Origin: Candidatus Saccharimonadota bacterium
GTDB lineage: Bacteria; Patescibacteriota; Gracilibacteria; BD1-5; UBA6164
Direction: 5' to 3'
NCBI GenBank assembly: GCA_004563595.2
Contig: CP042461.1
Coordinates: forward strand, 690,001 to 722,000
DNA length: 32,000 nt
Positions 1-10,231 of this stretch are shown here, piece after piece (the first letter of the stretch is position 1; each line of letters begins with the position of its first letter). A program made the position numbers and the translations under genes. The notes below the pieces were generated by a model. The model had not been told where the DNA came from. It was given only the letters and a program-made list of their open reading frames with translations, and searched no databases.

Positions 1-1
1 A

Positions 2-214
2 AAAATCAACAATCTTGAAAATAATGAAAAATTTAAGGCATTAAGAAATGAATTAAAATTAAAAGTTATTGAAAAAACTATAGTAAAAGTAAGAATTTTA
101 AGCTCAAATTTAGAAAATGACACTGATAAGTCAGATATTATTATTAAAAAGTTAGAAATATATAACTTGCTTCTTACTGAACTAGAAGCATTTAAAGAAA
201 GGTTAACACAATAA
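2..214 (+). CDS. 3' end of a hypothetical Lys/Glu/Leu-rich (coiled-coil-like) protein; 5' end lies outside the window
   Basis: The frame is open from the window edge to TAA 212-214 (...LEIYNLLLTELEAFKERLTQ*). It is followed directly by a hairpin terminator. It has no Gly codons, so it is uninformative about the code. Confidence 0.5.
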   Translation, partial: KINNLENNEKFKALRNELKLKVIEKTIVKVRILSSNLENDTDKSDIIIKKLEIYNLLLTELEAFKERLTQ

Positions 215-249
215 AAAAACTCTGAATATACCATCTCAGAGTTTTTTTA
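213..249. terminator. Bidirectional intrinsic terminator between convergent genes
   Basis: Stem ACTCTGA (219-225) pairs with TCAGAGT (236-242) across a 10-nt loop. An A-run lies upstream and a T-run downstream, so it reads as stem plus T-tract on both strands. Confidence 0.75.
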
Positions 250-250
250 T

Positions 251-1624
251 TTAATTTATTTTCCAGTTAAAGTATTTTTCAAGTCATAATCTTTCGTCAT
301 CAAATTTGAATAACTTTCAATCTCTCTTGAGCATTTTCAATACTTCATCTACAATTTTTTCAGAGACATTCTCTCAGTATAGACTTTTTCAAATCATTTT
401 TTTATTTCAAATTGCTCATTTAACAATATCTACTATAAGATTTGAGTTTATAGGTGGTGCAATGACGTTATTTCAAGCTAGAATTGTCTCAGTTCTATCA
501 GAACCAAATCTAACAGTAACACATGGTACTCATACTATATTTGCTTCTTCTTGCATACTCCCACTGTCGGTTACAACAGCTCAAGCTTGAGATATCATAT
601 CAATCACTTCTGCATGATGAGCTAATGCTGGACCATAAGCAAAATTCTCAGCATACTTCTCTTTGAGTGAATCAATATCTTCTCTGAGTCAGTACTTATC
701 AATTGCAAATTCCGAAGCATATAACCCTAAAAAACATACATAAACTCAATCTTCAATTAATTTTTTTATCGCATTGTATATTACAAGAAATCTTTCTTTC
801 TTTTCTGTATTCTCTCTTCTATGGATAGTAATGAATAAGAAGTCTTTTCACTTCATATTTGGGTATTTTTCAAATGCTTTTGAATCTTTTACTTTCAATT
901 TTGAAATCTCAATAGCATCAGCAACTGTATTCCCTACTACTTTTATATGATCAATAGGGAATCATTCATCAATCAAAGTCTTTTTATATAAGTCTACTGG
1001 TGCTGCAAACAATCATGTAGATCATTCAATTCATCTCGTATCAAACTGTTCAGGATATGGCTCTATACTCCCCCTTTCATATATATTAAAATCTTGTAAT
1101 TTTTTGTAATATGAGTCCCAATTAAATTTTCAAGATTCATAATCATTAAAAAGCTTTTCATAAAAAATTTTTGTTGGAGTAAATGTCCTAATTCATGCTT
1201 CTACATGTACCACTGCAAACTTATTCAAAAAAGCAGCTTTATCGGCTGTTGTCGCTGTCATAGTATCACCATGAACATATGGAACAGGAATTTTTTTATA
1301 ATTCTCAGCTAAATCTATAAGAATATCTCATAACCTCTCTATTACTAGAGAGAATTTTTTATGAATTTTTCAATATATATTTAAATTCATATCAACATCC
1401 ATTCAAAATTCTGTTAAGACTCATTTGCTTAAGTTGTAATCATAGTGTTGTCCTGTATGAATAAGAATTACTAACTCTCCCCTCTTTTTTAACTCTTGAT
1501 AAAGTGGTGCTTGTTTAATAATATCAGGTTTTGTTGCTATCATTATAATATGGGCATATTTTTTTTCTGATTTTTCAATATCTTGCCAAAAATTTTCTCT
1601 AACGAATACTTTATTATCTTCCAT
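251..1624 (-). CDS. wecB: UDP-N-acetylglucosamine 2-epimerase (WecB/MnaA family), 457 aa
   Basis: I checked every in-frame triplet from 1624 down to 251. There is no TAA or TAG, and the many TGA read as Gly. Motifs are IMIATKPDIIKQAPLYQELKK, HTGQHYDYNLS, VHGDT, HVEAG(TGA)IRT, PEQFDTR and VVTDSGSMQEEA. Track ORF 1421..1624 is only its N-terminus. Confidence 0.9.
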
Positions 1625-1691
1625 ATCAGTAATTATAAATTAATTTGAAATATTTTAACTGAAAAAGAAAATATGTAAAAAATAAAAATAA

Positions 1692-2564
1692 TTAAGTTTT
1701 AAATATCATTCAAACAATTATACAAATAGATACTAAAAGAGTCACTATAATATCTCTATTACCAGGTTTATCTCATAAAATAAAGAATCAAAAAAGATAA
1801 ACAAATCATAGATATAGCAGGCTGAGTAAACTCGTAGCAACTAATCATAATCATGTGTACAATGTAAAAATTAGGATAATACTTGTGAGGCCTATTATGT
1901 TTGTAAGAACAAGAAGTTTAGAATATTTTTTTGTTAATAATTTGAATTGATGAAACTCTGATTTAGTTACTAGTAGTAGTCATGCAAATATAAGAATTAC
2001 AATAGTTTCAACAAAGTATAGCGTTGCAGGATTTAGTTTTGTAAGTAAGTGGAGTATAAAAAAAACTTGTACAGATTTTATAACAGATGAGAGTAATACC
2101 ATAGCTGAGTATTTATTTATCTTAAAGCGTTTGAAATCAACTGAAGTCCCAATTACAATAAATGAAGCAATAAGTGCCATTACAAATGTAACAATATTTA
2201 CTCTTTCTGATGCTATAAATGCAAATCAAAAAATGATTGGAAATATTTGAAATAACATAGCGAACGGTTGTAATACTGATACTTTTTCATTAGCATATGC
2301 TGTACGTCTGAGGTAATAGGTATAATAAAGAGCGCACGCGGAAAGAAGAAATAAACACCATTCGATTATTGATAAACTTTGAGTTGTGAAATTAAAATTA
2401 AATATTCCAAATATAAATAAGATTCACAAAATAAGCAGGGCAACTCCCCTACTAAAAAATGTTTGTAAATTATTTCATACAACTTTATTCTCAAGTACAA
2501 GTTTAGAAAGTGTCATTCACAGAGCTCCAAATAGTGCTTGAACTATTCATAATAAGATTCACAT
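1692..2564 (-). CDS. EamA/DMT-family-like polytopic membrane transporter, 290 aa
   Basis: ATG at 2564 runs to TAA 1692-1694 with TGA=Gly. It has about 10 hydrophobic segments in two similar halves and an EamA-like C-terminal FFILGDKP motif. Track ORF 1980..2180 is an internal piece. Confidence 0.65.
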
Positions 2565-2568
2565 AGTG

Positions 2569-3183
2569 TTATTTTAAAGCATTTTTTAGAAAAATAATTA
2601 TTTTTTCTAAAAAACTTATTTTTGGCTTCGGATATTTTTTATCTTCGATCTCTACCAAACTATCCTTTATATCGATGGTGTTTTCTTGAACTGTGACAAG
2701 ATTTTTATCCAGTACTGTCAAAAAACCCGAAAATAAATTGATTCATCAAGCTGTATCAGGATTAATTTGTTGTGATAATAGAGTCAAAGCTGTATCTAGT
2801 TTTGTTATAGTTTTGGTTCTAAAAATATCATCATGTAGTGCTGTATGATAATCATCTTTGGTAATCCTTAAATCAGATGGAAGGTACTTATCGACATCTT
2901 TAAGCTCCTCCATTTGATCAATTTTATCAAAGATATCTTTGATAGTATCTTCGTCTAAATCTTCTCATGCAATAATTTGTTCGACATGTTCTTGAGATAA
3001 TATTCATTTATCTACTAATTCATGTAAGCTGTGAAGTTGATCTTCAGTATCAATTTCAGTTTTAATATATTCTTTTGTTTTCTGTTGATCAATTATTTTT
3101 TTTTGTTGTTCTTTTAACTCTTTTTCGTCTATTTTTTTCTTTTTCTTTTCTTGCTCATTGTAAGCTCCAGTTTCAATTCACAT
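2569..3183 (-). CDS. Hypothetical acidic/Lys-rich protein, 204 aa
   Basis: ATG at 3183 runs to TAA 2569-2571 with 5 in-frame TGA. It ends 4 nt before the next gene start, so it is probably co-transcribed. No family was recognised. Confidence 0.55.
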
Positions 3184-3223
3184 AAGTTAGGAAGAATTAA
3201 TATATATTGTGAGTGAGTATACA

Positions 3224-4060
3224 CTATTTAAAGTAAAATCAAAGTCATATTAAACTTGTAATAATAAAAGTAAGCATCAGGTCTTTTTTACTAGGTTTAT
3301 CATTTAATATGATAAATGATAACAATAATGTAATTCATATTCATATAAATGAAAGTAAAATAGTAATTGAAAGTCAAAGATTTTTTATTACCATAAGACT
3401 CAAGAACCATGACACCCATCACATTCATCATAACTCTCTATTAAAATAGAATTGTTTTGGAATGGATCCTACTGTTTGTAATTGTCATGTCAGGAATGTG
3501 ATAGTGAGTAATAATACCAGTCAAGTTACAAAATAAAGTATAAAATGTAACATTTCTGAGTATCAAAATAAGAGCCATCATGTTAATATGACACAACATG
3601 CTAGCAGAGATTCAGATAAAACCACTAAAGCCATGTTTCTAGGTAATTTTAATGTTTTATAGTCGATAGAAAAAAGAATCATAACCACTATTGCAATAAG
3701 AGTTATAACAAGTGAAGTAAATGATACATCAGAAAAAATAAAGTATCAGATTATTATAACAATAATTTTGCTTATATTTTTATATGGTAGCAGAAGAGAT
3801 AGTTTCTCTTCTTTGTAAATTTTTTGATTTAGTTGTGAAATAATTGTATGTAATATTATGATCAAAAAGGTTCAGAAAAATATTGTTAAGTCTATTTGTC
3901 AAAAATCAATTCATACACATAAAAAATATAAAACAAGTACTCATCATATTGGGTAACCTAATAAATCATGGAGTTTCGTTCAGACTCAAAAACGCAATGA
4001 TTTTTTCCAAAAAATCATTGCAAATGATTCCATTATTGTAGAAAAGATTGCTGTAAACAT
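3224..4060 (-). CDS. EamA/DMT-family-like polytopic membrane transporter, 278 aa (alternative in-frame ATG at 4102)
   Basis: ATG at 4060 runs to TAG 3224-3226 with many TGA=Gly. It has hydrophobic repeats and an EamA-like C-terminal motif (FIILNDKPS...SLIGLGFYF). The start was chosen by analogy with the paralogue at 1692-2564. Confidence 0.6.
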
Positions 4061-4206
4061 GTATTGATTAATATAATTATATATCAATAAGAATTTTAAC
4101 ATATTTTTTTATATAAGACAAGGTAGAAATATAAAAAAATTAGTATTCGCTAATAATTAGGTTATAATAAAGGTCGTTTAAAATTTTACTTACTAATTTA
4201 TAAACT

Positions 4207-5163
4207 ATGATACGTTATATTGTTCCATTATTATTACTTGTTGTACCTGTACTTTGATTATTAATGGGTGAAGGGGTTTGAATAATCCCAGCTATAATAT
4301 TTGATGTAATTTTGATTGCTTTTTCAATTAGAATTGTATCTCCAAACACGGTAAGAACTGTAGAGTTTTTAGGTAAATTTAATAGAATTTTAAGACCTGG
4401 TTTTCATTTCATTATTCCATTTTTAGAGTGGACAAAAAACCAAGTTCTTTACAGAAGAAACTTCCCAGTTGAAGTAGAAGGGATTACACAAGATAATGTT
4501 ACTGCATATATAGGCTTGAATGTTATCTACTACGTAGACGATGATAATAACAACACGAAAGAGTGAAATATATTTAAATCTATCTATAATATAGATGATC
4601 CAAAAACGATGATGAGAGCTACTATTGATGAACAGTTAAGAGCTATGATGGTTTCATTTACTCATAAAAATATTTTTGCAAAAAGAGAAGAAATTGGAGA
4701 AGCTATTGAAGCAAGGTTAAGAGAAAAATTATCTACGTTTGGTTATACTCTTGATTCTATCCAAGTAAGAGATGTTAAGCTTGAAAATACAGTAATGGCT
4801 GCGATGAATAAGATTATAGAAACAGAAAAATTCAAAGAAGCTGCATTAAATGAAGCAGAAGCTAAAAAAATAATGCAAATAAAAGAAGCTGAGGCAGAAA
4901 AAGAATCTAAAATACTCCTTTGAGAAGGTATGGCAGGTCAAAGAATGAAAATTGCAGAATGATTCAAAGAGTCAGTTGATTTAATCAAAATGACTGATAA
5001 TAGCTTAAATGCAGAAAAAGTATTACAATTCTTACTAGATTCATCTAGAATTGAAACACTTGGAAGTATCTGAGCACAAGATAATTCTAAACTTATCTAT
5101 CTGAATGAAGACTTAGAATGAAGAGCAAGTAAGTTGGTTGCAGGGAGTGATATAATGAAGTAA
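4207..5163 (+). CDS. SPFH/band-7 (stomatin/prohibitin-like) membrane protein, 318 aa
   Basis: ATG 4207 runs to TAA 5161-5163. It joins track ORFs 4312..4566 and 4609..4923 through TGA=Gly codons. It has an N-terminal TM segment, then an SPFH core (VRTVEFLGKFNRILRPGFHFIIPF...GYTLDSIQVRDVKL) and an Ala/Glu/Lys-rich coiled coil. Confidence 0.85.
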
Positions 5164-5166
5164 ATA

Positions 5167-5194
5167 TTGACTTATATATATAAACATATATAAT
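5167..5194 (+). promoter_or_regulatory. Sigma-70-type promoter of a recoded (native) gene
   Basis: TTGACT (5167-5172), a 16-nt spacer, then TATAAT (5189-5194), lying 33 nt upstream of ATG 5227. No GGAG-type SD lies before the start. Confidence 0.6.
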
Positions 5195-5226
5195 CCTACT
5201 CCAATTTTTAATTAAAAATATATAGA

Positions 5227-5562
5227 ATGACTGTAGATAAGAGTGAGCTTAATATTGTTAATAAGCAATGAGATAACACACTGAGTAACAAAGTAAGTAC
5301 TACTTCTGCTGAAATGAAAGATAAGATAAGTTTTATACTGGAATTAGTAAAAAATATGAAACCAGTTAAGATTATATCATCTTGAAGGTTATATAATCTT
5401 AACTTAAGTTGAAATATGTATCAATTAGAAGTTCAAAAATCAATTTGAGATATATTAGAAACGAGTGAATTTTTTTCTATATTTCAAATTGATAAAGATA
5501 AAGCTGAAAGAGTTTTCATAGATAAATCAAAAAATGAATTATGTATATTATATAAAGACTAA
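5227..5562 (+). CDS. Hypothetical protein, 111 aa
   Basis: ATG 5227 runs to TAA 5560-5562 with 4 in-frame TGA. It has its own consensus promoter. No family was recognised. Confidence 0.55.
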
Positions 5563-5591
5563 GATTTTTGTATAATAGAATTATATATGAT

Positions 5592-5625
5592 AAAATAGTA
5601 TTATATTAACGTATAATACTATTTT
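5592..5625 (+). terminator. AT-rich hairpin (terminator-like) just upstream of the kinase start
   Basis: A 14-bp stem, AAAATAGTATTATA (5592-5605) pairing with TATAATACTATTTT (5612-5625), with a 6-nt loop. It ends in TTTT and lies 4 nt before GTG 5630. Confidence 0.5.
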
Positions 5626-5629
5626 TATT

Positions 5630-7090
5630 GTGAATAATAGCATAAGTAAAACTCCTATCATTCCTCGAGCTAATAATTGAGATACTTTAGATATATCTGA
5701 TACAACAAATAATGTTATAGATTTAACATCAAGAATATTATGAGAAAATCATAATATGCATGATCAATTGATATCAGATATAGAAAATGATCCAAGATTT
5801 AAATCATACGTGCTAGATTTTATTGATACTCATCAACCACTCACAGGATGACAAGAATGAGAAATATATAAAATTATGTATTGAGAGAATAATTATATCG
5901 TTGCAAAAAAAAGATATGATAATGATTCAGAAAGAGAGTATAGATTACAAAAAGATGCTTATCAAATATCATTGGACTCATTATCATGAGTAAAGGTTCC
6001 TAAACCTATGCAAGAATTCCATGATTCTGACAATTGATATTTAATTATGGAATTTATTGAATGAAAAACATTCTATACAATGGTATGGCAAGAGATAGTA
6101 AACTCTCATTTAATATCAATTGCAAAAAAATATATTATTGATAAATATGCATCAGATAATCAATTATTTGATGCGCATATGAATGAGTTAGATATGTTTA
6201 TCTCACACTATTGAGATGGTTCAAAAAGCAAAATTGAGTTTAAAGATGATTTTGAAAGTATTAATTGAATGAGAGTAATTTGTGATATATTATACGAACT
6301 ATGATATTTAAAATGAACTTTTAATAAAGCTGAAGTAAATCCGAATAACCCAAGCGAAAAGAATTATGTGATAGAAACGTGATTACTTGAAAGATTTATG
6401 TCTGAGATTTCTTTATTCAAAAATGAAGACTATAAAAATAACATAAAAAATTTAAGGATATTTTTAGATGACTTGCATGAGTCAGGATTATATCATAGAG
6501 ATATATGAAAAAATTTTAGAAATATAATTTTTTGACCAAAATGAGTATACTTAATTGATTTTTGAAGATCAATAACCTGTAAACAGCCGGATAGCAACTA
6601 TGATTATGACGGTTGAAAATATGCAAATGATTATGATATAGTATGGAATATACAAAAAACAAAAGTAAAAAATTTGGATGAAGAAAATAATGAAATAAAC
6701 CTCATAAATGAGGATCTAATAATTGAAAACTGAAATAAGCTCTGACTTAATATTAATAAATGACTCATAAGTAAATATAGTATGAATGCTAAAAATATAG
6801 ATTTATCTAAAATATTGAATGACTTTATAAATAAAAAAGATAAAGCTTATAATTGGTTTATTTATAACACAGGTTCAAATGAAGAATCGAAATCAAGCTC
6901 AAATCAGTGGGATATAAATTCAACAAATATTGGAAAGGTAAAGTTATTTATTTTAATAAGCCTATTATCTAATGATAGACTTAATATATTAGAGTCTAAT
7001 ATAAAACAATACATAGAATTACCCAAAAGAACCAGGAAGTATAAGTATTCAAAATTATTCAATGATTATATTGATGTAATAAAAGACTAA
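5630..7090 (+). CDS. Eukaryotic-like protein-kinase-fold protein (ePK / Kdo-RIO-like) with an unknown C-terminal region, 486 aa
   Basis: GTG 5630 runs to TAA 7088-7090. I checked every in-frame codion triplet by hand up to track ORF 6782..7090 and found no TAA or TAG. Motifs are the Gly-rich TGGQEGEIYKI, IVAKK (5897-5911), LYHRDIG(TGA)KNFRNI (6488-6526) and LIDFG(TGA) (6551-6565). Confidence 0.7.
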
Positions 7091-7106
7091 TATTAATTAG
7101 TCTTTT
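7081..7106 (+). terminator. Hairpin terminator overlapping the kinase stop codon
   Basis: AAAAGACTAA (7081-7090) pairs with TTAGTCTTTT (7097-7106) across a 6-nt loop. Confidence 0.55.
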
Positions 7107-7124
7107 ATTGCAAGATAAACTAAA

Positions 7125-7153
7125 TTGACATACTTAAATAAATATATATTATA
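7125..7153 (+). promoter_or_regulatory. Sigma-70-type promoter of a recoded (native) gene
   Basis: TTGACA (7125-7130), a 16-17-nt spacer, then TATTAT/ATTATA (7147-7153). No SD lies before ATG 7183. Confidence 0.5.
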
Positions 7154-7182
7154 CTCTAACCTATACTATAATTTATCAAAAT

Positions 7183-7818
7183 ATGTCTACCAATTCCGAT
7201 AATTTCTTGGATTGATTGAGAAATGATGCTCTTGCAAAACTAGAAAATGAGTTATCAAAAATTTTAAATGAGCAACATAGCACAAAAGAAAGAGTACATG
7301 AAATCTTAACAAATGGAAACTTAATAAAAAGGTGCGTTGAAACAAATGTGTTTTTTGAGATTAAATATCAGCAAAAATCAAATACTTTAAAGCTTAACTG
7401 ATTAACGATAGAGATAATTCTTAATGATATTGAGGAAAAAGAACAATTTTCAAAATTAAAAGAGAATTTATGAATCACAAAAGACATTATAAGAGATTAT
7501 CTTTTTTCATTGATAAGTGCACAAATATCAAATTCTGAATTTGAATATACAGAGAAAGATCTGGAAAATATCGATGTGTACACTTTTTTACAATTTATTA
7601 GCAAATTAAAAGATGCTGAAATTTTAAACTTTTTTATTAATAGTTTTGTATTAAAACAAATGCTTATATATTCTACATTTCCTTATAATCCTATTCAATT
7701 ACAAGTTTTAAGTGATTATTGCAAATCAGAAAAGTGTAACCAATCTATACTTAAATCTATGTATGCACATTTTCCTCTTATACAGCAAATAATTGACCGT
7801 GATCACTTACTAGCATAA
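7183..7818 (+). CDS. Hypothetical protein, 211 aa
   Basis: ATG 7183 runs to TAA 7816-7818. It joins track ORFs 7216..7401 and 7510..7818 via TGA=Gly. No family was recognised. Confidence 0.6.
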
Positions 7819-7821
7819 AAT

Positions 7822-7853
7822 AAAAAACCAGAGTAATTCTACTCTGGTTTTTT
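7822..7853. terminator. Bidirectional intrinsic terminator between convergent genes
   Basis: An A-run, then CCAGAGTA (7828-7835) pairing with TACTCTGG (7840-7847) across a 4-nt loop, then a T-run 7848-7853. The FemAB stop codon (7839-7841) lies inside the hairpin. Confidence 0.8.
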
Positions 7854-8888
7854 ATAATAATATCATCTTTTCTTTCTTCTAAAAGTCTCAATTGCCCAAT
7901 TAAACCAATATCATGAACTAATAACTAAATCTTGTGCATGGAGCAGTGAATAATCATATCAAGCAAATTTTCTTTTGAACTTTGAGACTCAAGCGATTGG
8001 ATGATTTGGGTTACCATCTGGAGAAACTCACCAAAAGTTATAAAGAGTACATCCATCTTGTTTTGCTTTCAATATAGCCTCCCATTGACATAAATAATTT
8101 GGAGAAAATTTATTACTTCTAATATCAGATGCCGCAACATAATATACACAAGTATTTCAAAACTTAATAGTCATCATTATAGATTCAATATATCATTCAT
8201 ATGATGCAGATATAGTAGAAATATCTTCTTTTGAAAAAACCTTATAGAGATTTTTGATATATTTCTTTGAAAATGCTGTATATTTATGCTTTCCGTTATC
8301 TCTCACAGCATGAGTTTGATGATAATTGATCAATGTATCAATATGATCCTTCTTATTGTCTATACGGATAACAACACCCTCCTTTTTTGCTCTATTAATA
8401 TAATATCTATCCTTTTTTGCTATATTACTTAAAAGTTCATCTTCAGAGGCCTCTAAGCTTAATAAGTGAGTATCCTCAGCATGAATATGCATTGGAGCAT
8501 CTATAAATCAAAGATTTTTATATTTTGATTTATTTTTCTCAGTATTACTTTGAACTCAGTTTAAACGTATAAAGCTACAGTTTTCTGATTCTGCAAGACG
8601 AACAAGGTGTTCTTGAATATCGTCTAAAACTTTAAAGTAATTTCACTGAATAAGTGGTCCATGAGGAGTAAAAAAGTAGGTTCATCTTTTTGCAACTACT
8701 TTTATGAGCTGAATCACTCAAATAAGTTCTTTTTTGTTATATATTCAGAGTCTAAATATATAATTCCCTTCTAAAATCTGAAACTCTCACCATTCCCATG
8801 AATCGACAAAACTATAGAATTCAAAACCTCAATTTATAATAAAATCATTCCATTTATTTTTTGAATCAATTATTTTTAACTTATACAT
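7839..8888 (-). CDS. FemAB-family peptidoglycan interpeptide-bridge aminoacyltransferase-like protein, 349 aa
   Basis: ATG 8888 runs to TAG 7839-7841 with TGA=Gly. It has FemAB-like features: an N-terminal W..F(.)..SWEWGEF stretch, the central block of track ORF 8193..8492 (LLSNIAKKDRYYINRAKKEGV), and a C-terminal YNFWGVSP...GVSKFKRKFAG. Confidence 0.8.
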
Positions 8889-8902
8889 CTTTTATTCATT
8901 CA

Positions 8903-10231
8903 TTAAATATAATACTTTTTTATAGTTTTCACTATTCTTTTTGCATCATTCAGACTTATTTCTGCATGGTTTGGGAGAGTAAATACTTTTTTACTTATTT
9001 TTTCAGCATTTAAACATGATCAAGCTCTATATCAAGCAGCTTGGATATTCGTTCCATTTGGAATTATAGCTCAGCCGTTCCAATAATCTCAAAGTAAAAT
9101 CTTATTTTTTTTACAGTATTTTTGAAGTCATACTGCGTCTACAACTATAATAACACATCCATAATGATTATTCAAAGATTTTTTTCAAGTTTTTATAAAT
9201 CTAATTTCTTTTATATCTGAGATTTTTTTTTGATAATATTCTGCCAGAAAAATCCTATGCTGATTATACTTATCTAATAGATCTAATTCTTTTCATCAAA
9301 GATATGCTAAAGCATTTGGCAGTTTATAGTGAAGTTGAGTAAAATTACAGTTTTTTTCTTCTGGGGTTAATATTTTTGTAATCAATTTCAGTTTACTCGA
9401 AAGAAAAATCAATATTTTTCCTATCCATAGAATATCATAGAGCTTGTATGCCATATATCATAGTATATTATAATTCAAATTTCTTAAAATTGTAATAATT
9501 GATACGTGTGTTAATTGAGTTTCAATTTTATCAGATATCTTAAAATATTCTTTATTATTTATAATAAGATACCCCCCTGTAACAGAAGAAATAACTTTAT
9601 CTCTCCCTGTTGAGAAAATACTAAAATCTCAGAAACTTCATACCTTTTTACCGTCAATTTCAGATCAAAGGGCATGGGCACAATCTTCTATTAATAGTAG
9701 ATCATTTTTAACACAAAGTTTTTTTACAACATGAATATCGATAGGGTTTCAAAATGTATGTTGTACCATTATAGCTTTTGTCTTTTTTGTAATCTTATTT
9801 TCAAGTGATTCTAAATCAAAATTTAGAGTTTTTATATCTATATCCGCATAAATAGGAATTGCTCCAGATTGAATAATAGCATTTGGAACAGATACACAGG
9901 TATAAGCCTGAATAATTATCTCGTCATCTTTTTTAATATTTAGTCACTGCAAAAGATTATATATAGCAGACCTCGCATTATAAAAAGAAATGACTTTAGA
10001 TTCTTTAAGACCTAAAATATCTCATAATTTTTTTTCAGTATTATAAATATATTTTCAATCTTTTAAATGGAACCAAAATAGAGAATTCCATAAGATCTTT
10101 AATGTATTTAAAAATATTTGAGAATTAATAGTAGTAAAAAAATGTGCTATAAGTGTTTTTCTGAACATGTGTATTATTTAGATATATATTTTGCTGACCT
10201 TCTTCATTCAAATAACATAACTGACTTTTCA
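8903..10231 (-). CDS. DegT/DnrJ/EryC1/StrS-family PLP-dependent sugar aminotransferase-like protein, 442 aa (start uncertain)
   Basis: TAA lies at 8903-8905. The conserved core is YTCVSVPNAIIQSGAIPIYADID, LLLIEDCAHALG(TGA)S, FSTGRDKVISSVTGG (Lys candidate for PLP) and LPNHAEISL. The only in-frame ATG is at 10231, which overlaps the murF 3' end by 58 nt. Confidence 0.75.

Noticed and set aside
2582-2614. A near-palindrome TTTTTTAGAAAAATAA/TTATTTTTTCTAAAAAA at the 3' end of the CDS 2569-3183, just upstream of the EamA-like start.
   Set aside because: It is imperfect (a one-nt bulge), made entirely of A/T plus a single G/C pair, and lies inside a coding region. Such low-complexity palindromes are common in this composition. 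There is no supporting evidence for function.
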